From the NCBI GenBank assembly GCA_000091205.1, contig AP006496.2: 64,000 nucleotides of DNA, one strand, 5' to 3'. This stretch comes from Cyanidioschyzon merolae (Eukaryota). The notes under the pieces were generated by a model, which ran no database searches, was not told where the DNA came from, and saw only the letters and a list, made by a program, of their open reading frames with translations. Of this stretch, positions 31,019 through 40,989 are shown piece after piece. Positions within the stretch are counted from its first letter, which is position 1. Every line of letters begins with the position of its first letter. A program made the position numbers and the translations under genes.

Positions 31019-31984
31019 CTACATTTCGTCTGATGAACTTGAAAGAATCGCATCAGTATCACCCAGCTCTGATCGTCCTGATGCGGATTCCGTCTTGTTA
31101 CGCCGTTTCTGAGCCTGCTCGTGAGCCCATTCTCTAAAGTCGGTTTGCACGAGAAACTCCAAGCGATCTGTATAGCGCTGCTCGCTCTTCTTATAGTGTT
31201 CTAGTTCCTCAGAGAGACCTTTCTCATTCTTGAAGCGCTCCCATTGCCGTTGCGTCAGGGCGAAGGTGCTTGGACGATGCATTCGCCCACGCTCGGCTGC
31301 TATTTTGGGGAGACGTTTCATCAGCGTCGAGGCGGGCGCAGAAAAGGTTTGAGGATCCTGTCGATTGGACACCACAGCGGCACGAACGCGCCTGTCACTT
31401 ACTTCAGGGTGACTTGTCGAGGCATCCGCACTTGAAGTGAGGCCCAGGAGCATGTCTAATTCGGCGCTATCCTTTGTTCTGGTTGCAGTATCTAAACCAG
31501 TGGCGTCCACTGGATGCTGACAGCGCCGCAACGCCTGCCAGCGTGTCTCACGTCGCATCAGCTGACTCGTGGATTTCCGACTTGGTTGCTTGAGCCGCTT
31601 CATTGAGCGCCATGCCCGTTCGAACGAATCGTTGGTAGTCTCCGAAGCCTCTCCCCGTCGCACCGCTCTGTCCAGCGACTTGTGCATAGAGCAAAGTTCA
31701 CTCCAGACGCGCTGCACGAGTTCTCGTTCTTGCTGCTCACCGTTCTGCACCGCTGCGCTCTTTGCGGTGTTTGGTGGCTCTTCGCTGCTCCACGCATCGG
31801 GCTTTGACGTAACGGTATTCGAGTTCTCGGCACAAAGTGGTTCCAGTACGTGTGCTAGCGACGTCTCGAGACCCTGCTTCTGCGCACTCACACTACTTGA
31901 CGGTGTCGCTACGCCTGAGTCGTTTTCTGTTTCAGTGAGAGCTGGTGCAGCCACGTCCGACACGTTAGGCAAGGAGGCGTCCAT
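31019..31984 (-). CDS. hypothetical Ser/Thr-rich protein with a basic C-terminal region
   Basis: 321-codon ORF; no family recognised. Confidence 0.4.
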   Translation of the reverse strand: MDASLPNVSDVAAPALTETENDSGVATPSSSVSAQKQGLETSLAHVLEPLCAENSNTVTSKPDAWSSEEPPNTAKSAAVQNGEQQERELVQRVWSELCSMHKSLDRAVRRGEASETTNDSFERAWRSMKRLKQPSRKSTSQLMRRETRWQALRRCQHPVDATGLDTATRTKDSAELDMLLGLTSSADASTSHPEVSDRRVRAAVVSNRQDPQTFSAPASTLMKRLPKIAAERGRMHRPSTFALTQRQWERFKNEKGLSEELEHYKKSEQRYTDRLEFLVQTDFREWAHEQAQKRRNKTESASGRSELGDTDAILSSSSDEM

Positions 31985-32221
31985 GCAGCTGGTACCACTG
32001 GTCTTGAAACGCGATGCGAAAGCTTGCGAAGAGCGTTAGACCTCAAAGCTCCACAGCCGCGAGCGGGTGCCGTTCAGTTCGTGCCGCGGCAAACCCCGAA
32101 GCCCGAGCCTCTTCTCTAGGTACACGTCTATCGTGCTCAGCTAAGAGCCGAAACAACCGCAAGGTGTTATCGGCGTATACGCGCTTCGAGTTCCGTCTGT
32201 ACCACTAGAGTCTGACAAGAA

Positions 32222-32560
32222 GATTCAACCACCGAAAATGTTTCGCGATCATGTGGAAAATTATTGCCCACCAGCAGGGGCGCCACAGTCTTTTTCGACC
32301 GGCCTACTGCTATCGGCTTGAGCTTCTCCTGCCACACCACGGGCATTAGAGGGTGTCCCACAAAGCTGGATCGCGTCAGCTCCTCGGTTCTTCTTCAGCA
32401 TCGCACATCGTCTGATATTGGTGGCGACGCGAAAGTCTCGGTTCACGATTTTCTCGCGTGCATGAACGCCGGTTGAGCTCATCAATGGAAGGATTCTTCG
32501 AACTCGTGCCCTCTGTGACACTCCAGTCTCGTCATCGACCGTCGGGGAAACAAATTTACT
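32222..32560 (-). mobile_element. family F1 TnpB/Fanzor-like relic, copy L3; the 5' limit is uncertain and may reach about 32780, abutting the Tc1-like element
   Basis: minus-strand ORF 32261..32521 MSQRARVRRILPLMSSTGVHAREKIVNRDFRVATNIRRCAMLKK aligns with QRARVRGLLALTSSTRGNKCIEFVNRDLNAAIHTRRCAALKK of the element copy. The tail (plus-strand reading cagtctttttcgaccggcctactgctatcggcttgagcttct) is shared with L4 and L1. Confidence 0.45.
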
Positions 32561-32782
32561 CGCCTATCATTAATCCTCTTCTTTTTCTTCGTCGTGTGCT
32601 CTTCTTCGCTCGATGGTTGGCGAGAAGAGGATTCTTTGATTCTTTCCCGGACACGTCGAAGAGGGTCCTCCAGGATCCCAAAATCCCATGTCCGTGCCTT
32701 GCTCTTCGATTTTTATCTTTGAAAATCGACGCATTTCGAACGCATCTGCTATGAATAGCGTAAAAGCATTTGATTCCGCTCC

Positions 32783-33664
32783 GATGCAGTGCGGAGCAGG
32801 CGATCGACATCACGATGCCATGTACCGTGTAGATCGTAGACGAGTTGAATGCAGGGTATGTGTTTGGTACGGAGCAGAGCAAGGAGGAGTGCATTCGTCT
32901 TTCAGGTCAGTCATTTCACAGGATTCAGATGGTTGCGGAGCACTGAAAGATAGAGGTCCATGCGCTCTGTGCCTAAAATCGATATCCCCAATGCGCGTCT
33001 ACTGCCAATGGTAGAAAGCGACCCAATGATCACCTCACGGGAAGCAAAAGCGACGATGGTAGACGCCACGGGCGTCTCTGGTTCTCAACAGGATGCGCAT
33101 GCGGTCCTGGAAACGCTGGGATACACCCGCAAGAAACGAGTCCAGGTTCACGCACCGCTGTTTTCCACCGATATTGCCCCAAGAGCGTTCCTGGCACGTC
33201 GCGATCGGTATGAAGCACCGGGATGTCGGTTTGTTTTTCCAGTCGGTGAGACTTGCTTCGGACGAAACGATCCGAACATAAAAGCGTCTTCGCGGAGCGG
33301 CGCGCCCGTTATATGTATGATCGAACTCGAAGAGAACGACGACGTCATCGTCTTGTCTAGATGCAGTGGACTCGCGTTTGGCGGCCTCAGATTCGCAAGC
33401 AGAGAAGGCTCATACAAGAGTATGAACCACTTTGTCGAATCATTGAAGACTTTTCTTCTGACGCCTGGCGACGTCGTTCTATTCGACAACGTGTTCGTTT
33501 ACCGTTCCCGTTGTGATCGAGCATTTGCCGATTCTATCGGGGTAGCTCTGCTCTTCATTCCTCCGTACGCTGCGTCGTTCAGCCTCATCGATGCAGTGTC
33601 TTGTATCGTGAAACGTAATCATCGCTTCGCTGAGCGAATCGCTGACGCGTCTAGAACATGTTGA
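32783..33664 (+). pseudogene. Tc1-like DD34D transposase pseudogene: frameshift between the N-terminal HTH (frame of ORF 32688..33014) and the catalytic domain (ORF 32960..33664); first catalytic Asp replaced by Gly
   Basis: aligned by eye to C. elegans Tc1A. PMITSREAKATM...VSGSQQDAHAVLETLGYTRKKRVQVHAPLFSTDIAPRAFLARRD matches the second HTH. FPVGETCF sits where Tc1 has WSDESKF (D to G). LFDNVFVY matches QQDNDPKH (second D kept). Thirty-five residues later, IPPYAASFSLIDAV matches SPDLNPIE with D at the third position, i.e. mariner-like. Confidence 0.65.
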
Positions 33665-34178
33665 CATCCGAGCGCATGTCGTGTTTCTCGTGCGAGTCGC
33701 TCCTGCTCTGGGGAGTTCCTTACCTAGGGGCATACAGAAATGTGTTCATTCCAAAAAATCTACGGGATGAGCTTGGGTGCACACTTGACAAGGTCGAAAT
33801 GGAGACAGGCCAGCGGAGCGCTTTGGCGATAGAGACGAATAGAGAGAGGAGAGAGCGCCAAATAGTGCAGAGAGCGCGAGTTCGAGGACTCCTTGCATTG
33901 ACGAGTTCAACCAGAGGCAATAAATGCATCGAGTTCGTGAACCGAGACTTGAACGCCGCCATCCATACCAGAAGATGTGCAGCGTTGAAGAAGGGACCTA
34001 GGCACGTGACGCGAGCCAGTTTCACGTGGCAGCATCTCAGGGTCGAAATGCACCACGAGGAGTTGAATGCGGGAGCAGGGAACCAGCTGAAAAAAAAACA
34101 CTGGAAGATGTCTGCGGGTGGGTACGTATATTTACCCTCCATCGTTGTAAAACGTTTTTTGTTTCATTGAACACTCCA
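32783..34178 (+). mobile_element. Tc1/mariner-like DNA transposon, copy A, about 1.4 kb, carrying an F1 module (33660..34178) at its 3' end
   Basis: about 98-99% identical (by eye) to the inverted copy at 44416..45808 across the whole length, with unrelated flanks. Encodes a frameshifted Tc1-like transposase followed by the TnpB-like ORF 33658..34170. No clear TIRs or TA target-site duplication could be identified by eye. Confidence 0.75.
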
Positions 34179-34647
34179 TAGCGACGCGCAGCTTCACATG
34201 CTATGCACGTGTTCATGCTTCGAGTAAACTGGGACACCTTGCATGCGTCCTAGCGCCCTGACGCGGATTACCCTGTTTCACTCATTGCTCTCGGATTCAA
34301 GAGATGCATGGCAAAGGTGGATCAAGCAATTTGTCCTCAAGCGACCATTGAAAACGTGTCCGCGAACAGCGTTCCAGCCGCCAGAGGTCGGTGAACTTTC
34401 ACAAAAACCGCGTGAGCACCGAATCTTCTCGGTAAAGACTGTGAAGCTGGTGCTCGCACAGGATAACGGTTCCAGAGCCATGCCGCTCGCGAGCGCAGCA
34501 CCTCGCTGAACGAAACTACATGCCTCCTGAGCTCTGGTTCCAGAGACTGGTGTGTTGACCCGCTTCCTCCAAAGGCTCAGAGAAACTGATCAAACATCCA
34601 CACACACACACACACCGGACCAGAGAGCCGCGGTCAAGTTGCGTTAC

Positions 34648-34956
34648 CTACGGTAGCTCACGCGACACGTCCGCCGCTCCTCGTTCGCGTACGGCCCTTG
34701 TCGTGGCCTCCACAACGTACGGAGGCGGCGGGTAGAGCTTGCTGATCGTGGTCTGTCTTCGCACCATTTCTAGGTCTTTTTGGGCCTTCTCGAGAAGCTG
34801 ATCGATTCGTTGGGGGTCCTGCAGGTTGCGGTTCTCTCGAAAGCCGGCTTGAACGCGGCGCTTGGCGTACGCACGAACGTTGGTGTCTGCGAAACCTTCA
34901 CACGCACGTAGAAGCGCTCGGTAGAGCTGCAAAACTTGGAAGCGTGTCTCCGGCAT
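34648..34956 (-). CDS. LYRM4: LYR-motif protein ISD11 / LYRM4 (Fe-S cluster biogenesis desulfurase partner)
   Basis: VLQLYRALLRACEGFADTNVRAYAKRRVQAGFRENRNLQDPQRIDQLLEKAQKDLEMVRRQTTISKLY parallels ISD11 (VLSLYRAMLRESKHF...[47 protein letters not shown]). Confidence 0.75.
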   Translation of the reverse strand: MPETRFQVLQLYRALLRACEGFADTNVRAYAKRRVQAGFRENRNLQDPQRIDQLLEKAQKDLEMVRRQTTISKLYPPPPYVVEATTRAVRERGAADVSRELP

Positions 34957-35207
34957 AGTAACGCAGTTGCAGAAATTGAGAAACCCCTTTCCAAACGACG
35001 GAACACGCGCCTGATAAGAAACGTCGTCGTTTCGCCTGGTGCAAGCGCAGAACCCTCAAACGCTGAACGCGCTCCCACGCGACCAGCTCCGCAAGAGTAG
35101 TGGACGCTGGCCGCAGCTGGATCACTCCTCGACGTAACGAAACAAGTAGGCAACTCGAACGGCTCACTCACAAGGAGGTACCTCCCTGAGGAACTTGTGC
35201 GGGCATC
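34957..35207. promoter_or_regulatory. candidate bidirectional promoter between divergent ISD11 and PET117
   Basis: 251-bp interval between two divergently oriented small genes encoding mitochondrial assembly factors; inference from arrangement only. Confidence 0.3.
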
Positions 35208-35350
35208 TTGAAAGTACCAATGAAGGGAAAAGTAGCCTTGGCTATATCGCTCGGGTTTGCCGCCGGCATCATCCTTTTCGTGCACGAGCGCCAACGCAGT
35301 CAGACAGCGCGGATGCGTGCGGGCATTATCCGTGAACTTCGTCTGGAGGC

Positions 35351-35393
<43 letters not shown>

Positions 35394-35426
35394 CACTCTG
35401 CCGTTGACTCAAATCCGAAGCACTAG
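35208..35426 (+). CDS. PET117: cytochrome c oxidase assembly factor PET117 homologue with a Q12 tract
   Basis: 72 aa; MKVPMKGKVALAISLGFAAGIILFVHERQRSQTARMRAGIIRELRLEAEQ parallels human PET117 (SKVVLGLSVLLTAATVAGVHVKQQWDQQRLRDGVIRDIERQ); a (CAG)n repeat encodes the poly-Q. Confidence 0.65.
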
Positions 35427-36366
35427 TCGAAACCCTGACGATAGCGGACTTGCATGCTCTGTTCTGAGGTATTCGTGATGGAATCGATGAGGAACCGTCA
35501 TGCATACCTGCTTCATGAGGTTTCCACGCCCTCAGAGCATGGTGATGATGACGACACCTAGACCGTGTCCGGCTATTCAGTGGCGCTGGTAGCGTCCAGA
35601 CTGAACTAAATAAATACGTCCAAAGTTGACAAGATCAATGCATTTATTTGCATCGGATGCAATCGTTGCGAACAAACCACCGATGGTGGGCATTCCATGA
35701 CGCTGTCGTACGCGCTGTGCACACGCACAGCAGCAGGTTATTCGCGCGGAGGTCCTTAACCTCGCCTAGAATCCGTGGTGCTTCCGCTGAGCCCTCGTGG
35801 ACGAAGAACGCGCCGATGCAGGTTCCGGATTCTAGTAGAAGAATCCCTCCCGTCAGAGCGCTCTTCGCACAGGCGCGTGTAGTCATCGCCGACCGCTCGC
35901 TACTGCGCGATGTCTCTCCATGGGTAGCACCCTTGCCCACGATACCGACACGCGCCCAACTCGAGGTTCGCGCACCAGGCCGCGATCATTGCGCTAGGCC
36001 GGGGCACACATCGCGCGCAAGCGCGATGCTATCTGGGATCATTTCGCACCGGAGGCCCGGACACGGCACGCATCGATACAGAGGACACGAATCTGTCACG
36101 GACGCGTTGCACTGCAAGGACACGTGTCGGACGCAGCGTGCGCCACGTGACAATCGATACACCGAGTGGCCGCAACGCGCGCGCCGCACGTTTGGGGACG
36201 CAAGTTCCGCAGTTCCGCCGCGCTGTCCGCCAAAGCTTGGCCGCCATCGATCGCGCTCCAGTACGCAGCGGCGTGCGTTTCGAGTCTCTGCCGTTGTGCA
36301 CGGCGCGTAAGAGCGTTTGGTGCTTCGGGCTGCGTACGAACGGTGTATGACTCAAGTTTGAGGCCA

Positions 36367-37911
36367 ATGTTCAGCGTTCTCTCCAGGAACACGATGCACC
36401 TACCTGTTTTTGAAAATGCCCCAGGTGCTGGCCGGGCTCGTTTTCTGCGCAAGCGCCTGTACAAAGTGCGAAACGTTATTTGCACCCGTCGGTGGCCGCT
36501 ATGGCTTTGCTCGTTCCTGCTGATAGGTTTGGTATTTGTGCTGGCTCCTCGTGTCATTCGCTCGGGAGCGAGCCTATGGGAAGCCCCAAACCTGCTGCAC
36601 ACGACTGTTGGTTGCCCGTTTATGTTTCTCGAATCGAACTTGACGCTGACGCTGAATCAGAGTCTAAAGGCGCCAAACGTTTCCAAGACCATGTTCCTGG
36701 CCGCGATCGAGGTGCGTGAGCAGGATCAAGGATATATTGCCGGTATTTTTCGTGTTCGCCATCCGTTTGCGCCGCACCGTACTTACAATCCGAGCAAGGA
36801 CGATTGGGACATATCCATGGTGGCCAACTCGACGCTTGCAGCTGTGAATTTTACTGCTAATCGCCTGGACCAGATCCAGGGCGGCTCTGCGCGTCAGCTC
36901 AGGCTCGGTTCGGAGCAAATGCATGCTGTTTATTCATACGGGCCAGAGGATCCACGGATTATTCGCTGCGGCATGCGGACCTTGGCGCTTTTCCATCAGC
37001 CGGACATAAGGATGTTCGCACCAATGCACCAACGCTTCCAGTATATCTTGGATATTGAGCGCAATGAACTCTACTGGATCGATGAGCCGCGAGCGCTCAC
37101 GCATGCTGGGCGGGACTCACCTCTGGTTGACAAGAATTACGTTCCACTCTGCGTGAATGGGGACGATTTGTACATCGTCACGAGCTTTGAACCGCTGCGT
37201 GTGCTCGGGCCTTGCACATTGAGGAAAGATCAGGTCTTTGCGCAAGGAGTACACGCTATTGCACACAGGGCACACTGTCCCGAGGCATTCAACGCTTTCA
37301 ATTCGAGCAACACCTTCTTCAGAGATTCTCAAATATTTCGCGGCTCGACGCAGTTCGAAGAGATCATCCCGGGTCGTGCGTACGTGTCACTCGTCCACGC
37401 GCGTCGCTGTGGTATCTACGATCGATGCAGCTACCAGGCTGCAATTGCCGTGCTCGTTCATCTGAGCTCCAGAGAATGGAAAGCAGTTTATTATCCGTCG
37501 CTGCTGAAGCTCTATGTTCCAGGCGGGCGTGAGAAAGAGCGACCTCGCTCGGGACGCCGACGCGAACATCGCTGCTTATTAGAACAGAGTCGACATGCAC
37601 ATCAACCTTATCGGCTCCATGTGAACCTAGTAGAGAATCCCGTGTCCATTATTCGATTTGAGAAAGATGAAAGCGCGCTTGTCAGCCTGAATGTGAATGA
37701 TGAGGAAACGCTAATCGTGAGGGTACCCGAGCTGTATCGATACGCAAGCTCGCTCGCCAGATGCATCCTAGAGGAACGCGCCGAACCACTGCTTCCACGC
37801 ATCAGCACGCTGTGGAAATGCAGCAATGGCGCCGTCTATGCCACCCAGGAAAACGCTGTGAATTCTTGGCACAAAATAGATCCGAGCACGGTCGCTCGAT
37901 TTCAAGGCTAG
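36367..37911 (+). CDS. hypothetical type-II (signal-anchor) membrane protein; the ORF is open from 36166 but Met at 36367 precedes the hydrophobic anchor
   Basis: MFSVLSRNTMHLP...RRWPLWLCSFLLIGLVFVLAPRV, then about 480 aa of a Cys-containing lumenal domain; no family recognised. Confidence 0.45.
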   Translation: MFSVLSRNTMHLPVFENAPGAGRARFLRKRLYKVRNVICTRRWPLWLCSFLLIGLVFVLAPRVIRSGASLWEAPNLLHTTVGCPFMFLESNLTLTLNQSLKAPNVSKTMFLAAIEVREQDQGYIAGIFRVRHPFAPHRTYNPSKDDWDISMVANSTLAAVNFTANRLDQIQGGSARQLRLGSEQMHAVYSYGPEDPRIIRCGMRTLALFHQPDIRMFAPMHQRFQYILDIERNELYWIDEPRALTHAGRDSPLVDKNYVPLCVNGDDLYIVTSFEPLRVLGPCTLRKDQVFAQGVHAIAHRAHCPEAFNAFNSSNTFFRDSQIFRGSTQFEEIIPGRAYVSLVHARRCGIYDRCSYQAAIAVLVHLSSREWKAVYYPSLLKLYVPGGREKERPRSGRRREHRCLLEQSRHAHQPYRLHVNLVENPVSIIRFEKDESALVSLNVNDEETLIVRVPELYRYASSLARCILEERAEPLLPRISTLWKCSNGAVYATQENAVNSWHKIDPSTVARFQG

Positions 37912-38864
37912 ACCTGGCATCGACCGTAGTGATGTACACGCATCGAAAATCATCTTTGAGATGCTTCTGGAAGCTTTCACGCTTCCAGGGCGAAAGATTC
38001 CAGTCTGAGCACGTAGCGGTCACTCGGGAATTTCCCCGCACGCATCATGCATGCGATATGTTGCACGCATGCAGCCGAATCGGTGACGTGTCCTGGCGGA
38101 CTGGTAATGATAACGTGCGCGCTTCTGAGGCGAGTTTCGTAGAACACAAGCTTGGCGATTCTTCGACGAACATTTCCAACATGTACGGATTCGCTGACAC
38201 TGGCTGCTTGGCGAGCTGCAGCATAGCGTTCTGCACGCTTTCTCGTGTCCTGCCAGTGCATCGGTGGACGGCGGAACCGCACTGCAGCGCTCCCAGAGTG
38301 AGATACGCACTTGCCCCAGCTTCGATACCCTGATTGGGTGTATCGCTTGTTTGAGCGTGACAATGCTCGCGATTGAGCCTGATACGGCGGTTCTCCTTCT
38401 AGTCGCACACTTCAGGCTTTCGATCTGCACGCATGATCGGTAGAGCGGTGAAATGCTCCGGATATAAGTACCACGAACAGCAGTGCCATTAGCGCCCCAG
38501 CATTGTCTCTTACCGCATCAGAGCAGTGCTCCGGTGCCTGCAACCATTCGCTTTACATCACGAATAGAGGGATACGCGGACATCCATGCATCTCGTTTCG
38601 ACGAGCGCTTTCCTCCGAGGCACGCTTCAGAGTAATCCAAACGTCGTCGATTCGTTCGCTGGTCGAATATGGCTTGGTTGACGCGCACCCGCCCCGAGCT
38701 GACACGAACGACTTTTGACCCCGTCCCAGCGAGCGCATTGCCGTTTAGAGACTGTCGCAAGTTGACTAGGGCGAAGCGGTGTATCGGCCGCGTCACCGGC
38801 CACCACGGCAACGGCTGGCCTGGCGATAGCCGCTCGGCACCTGCTCCCGAGACTTCACTGGAGA

Positions 38865-40538
38865 TCAACTCGCAGCGGGAGCTGGATCATATGGAAACGA
38901 TCCGTACTCTGCATTCCAGCGCTCATAGGCACGAACTTCATCATCGCTGACGCTCCGCCGAACAACCGCTGCAGCCCGTTTAAAGTCGTCTTCGTGGATG
39001 GCTCGAACCTGCTCGACTGAGACGTTGGCGATATCAGCGCCGAGATCACGGACAGGACCAAGGGCTGCTTCTGCGCAGGCTGCATACACATCGCTTCCAG
39101 AGTAACCGTCCAGAAGGTCCACAATGCGCTCGAGTTCGGCTTCACCGAGCGCATGTTTCTGGTCGCGGAGTAGGCTCTGCAGCATGCCGCGTCGCGCTTG
39201 GCGATCCGGCAGCGGTATATAGAGTCGACGAGCCATGCGCCGACGCCATGCCTGGTCCAGCTCCTGAGGCCGATTGCTCGCTCCGATAACCAGGACTCGA
39301 TCATCGCGGTTGGTCGCTGCCCCGTCCATTTGCACCAGAAACTCCGTCTTGATACGACGTGAACTTTCCGCATCATTCTCGGAACGAGCGCTCAACATAG
39401 AATCCATCTCATCGATAAAAATGACGGAGGGTTGTAGAGCTCGCGCGACACCGAACAGCGCTCGCACCAGTTTTTCGCTTTCGCCTACCCATTTCGACAT
39501 GAGCGATGAGGCTGAAATGTTGAAGAAGCGAGCCCCAGAGAGCGAAGCAATCGCTCGACCGATCATCGTCTTGCCGGTGCCAGGTGGCCCGAAGAGCAAG
39601 ACGCCCCGTGGCGGACCCCGTATTCCTCGAAACAAGTCAGGGCGAACCATCGGCCAAACGACTGCTTCCATAACACAGCGTTTGGCATACTCTAGTCCAG
39701 CGATATCGTCCCAGTTGACGCCAGGCGACTGGTCGAGGATCTCTTGCATCACCGTCTCGACGAGGGCAGGCTCGACGTTCGGTACACTGGGCAGATTGGG
39801 GTCAGGTCGCTGGCCATCGGCAGCCGGTCCTTGTGATGACGGCTCTCGCGAACGCTTCGCACTCGGCGTCGGCTGGGCTGACTCCCCCAGCCTTCGCGGT
39901 ACGCTAAACCGACTGGGCGCCTTTTGGGCTGGCTGCTGCTCATCGAGCGCATTCCCGCTCGCGCTGCGGAACGCTGTTTTCTCGCTCGAGACTCGCTCAG
40001 GCGCAGTGCCCTTGGAGGCGACAGGTGCGTCTGTCGGGGTGCCAGCGTTGTCGCGGTGCCAGGTTCGCGCTCGCGTTTGGAGCGCTGCTGCAAACCCGTG
40101 TCGCAGTCTGGCGCTGGTGATCACCCCAGACTCTCCAGCACATCCATCGGTCCGGTCTTGCGTTGCCTCAACCGCGTTTGAAGGCAGCGAGAGCGCTTGC
40201 CATACACTGGCGTCGGACAGGAAAGCAACCAGCTCCGAGGTCGTCAGCACCTCAAGCCTCGTGCTCGATTCAGCGTCCGGCAATAGCGACCCGAGCAACG
40301 CCTCTACAAGACCAGTTGCGTGCCGAAGGACCGCTTGGCGACGTGCTCGTTCGCGTCTCGCAACTGCCCAGCAGGCGGCATCAGCGGGGAGGCGCTGAAG
40401 CGCCCAGCGCTCCAACTGCACGTGCTCTCCCTCAAGCTCCAGAAGCGCGCACTCCCAGACCTGTGGTTCGGTCACGGAGTCGGGTACGCTCTGCGGTTGC
40501 GATCGAGGCCAGGTTTCGCGCATGCGTCCTTGGTACAC
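38865..40538 (-). CDS. AAA ATPase of the meiotic clade (fidgetin-like / katanin p60 / spastin type)
   Basis: Walker A LLFGPPGTGKT, Walker B SVIFIDEMDS, second region of homology VLVIGASNRPQELD, and the clade-typical C-terminus YERWNAEYGS; long low-complexity N-terminal region. Confidence 0.85.
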   Translation of the reverse strand: MYQGRMRETWPRSQPQSVPDSVTEPQVWECALLELEGEHVQLERWALQRLPADAACWAVARRERARRQAVLRHATGLVEALLGSLLPDAESSTRLEVLTTSELVAFLSDASVWQALSLPSNAVEATQDRTDGCAGESGVITSARLRHGFAAALQTRARTWHRDNAGTPTDAPVASKGTAPERVSSEKTAFRSASGNALDEQQPAQKAPSRFSVPRRLGESAQPTPSAKRSREPSSQGPAADGQRPDPNLPSVPNVEPALVETVMQEILDQSPGVNWDDIAGLEYAKRCVMEAVVWPMVRPDLFRGIRGPPRGVLLFGPPGTGKTMIGRAIASLSGARFFNISASSLMSKWVGESEKLVRALFGVARALQPSVIFIDEMDSMLSARSENDAESSRRIKTEFLVQMDGAATNRDDRVLVIGASNRPQELDQAWRRRMARRLYIPLPDRQARRGMLQSLLRDQKHALGEAELERIVDLLDGYSGSDVYAACAEAALGPVRDLGADIANVSVEQVRAIHEDDFKRAAAVVRRSVSDDEVRAYERWNAEYGSFPYDPAPAAS

Positions 40539-40989
40539 GCCTCACCGGGGTGCTGCACCTGTCGCCCGCCAGGCCGCCCGGTGTCGAGCGCGACCGGGTT
40601 CGACGGTGTTTTCCGCGATCCAGTGTCTCGCAGTAGACAGTTCGAGAGAGACCAGTTCCGCACTCGGGTTTCAGGAGTGCAAGACCGCGGCACCAGCTGA
40701 CGGATCAGCCAGAAACCCGCCCAGCTATGGAGCGCGTCAAGCGTTCAGCGTTGCCTGCGGGCAGCTCCGAAGCGCGCGCTTCTTTGCGCGCGTACCGGGC
40801 GCGTTTCCCTTTCGGGCCGGGGCGGCGAACGTGCAAGGAATGTTTCGTAGACGAAGCTTGTTTTTTTCTTCTGAATGACAAGATACAGGTCATGAGAGAT
40901 CAACATAGACTATTGATTGCCTGCTTATGTTTCTGTATTTAGAATTTTTCCAGAGTTTTATGTAGATGTGCAGCCTCCAGGTTCAATGT

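Noticed and set aside
32783-34178. Canonical Tc1/mariner terminal inverted repeats and TA target-site duplication
   Set aside because: I compared the first and last 60 nt of both copies and found no convincing inverted repeat or flanking TA. The ends given are homology breakpoints between the two copies, accurate to a few bp only.
36166-36366. Upstream 67 codons of the ORF encoding the type-II membrane protein
   Set aside because: Arg/Ala-rich and reads like GC-rich spacer. The Met at 36367 immediately precedes the signal anchor, so the shorter model is preferred. The same reasoning applies to 54634..55254 upstream of the LOX-like gene and to 29554..29625 upstream of NHP2.
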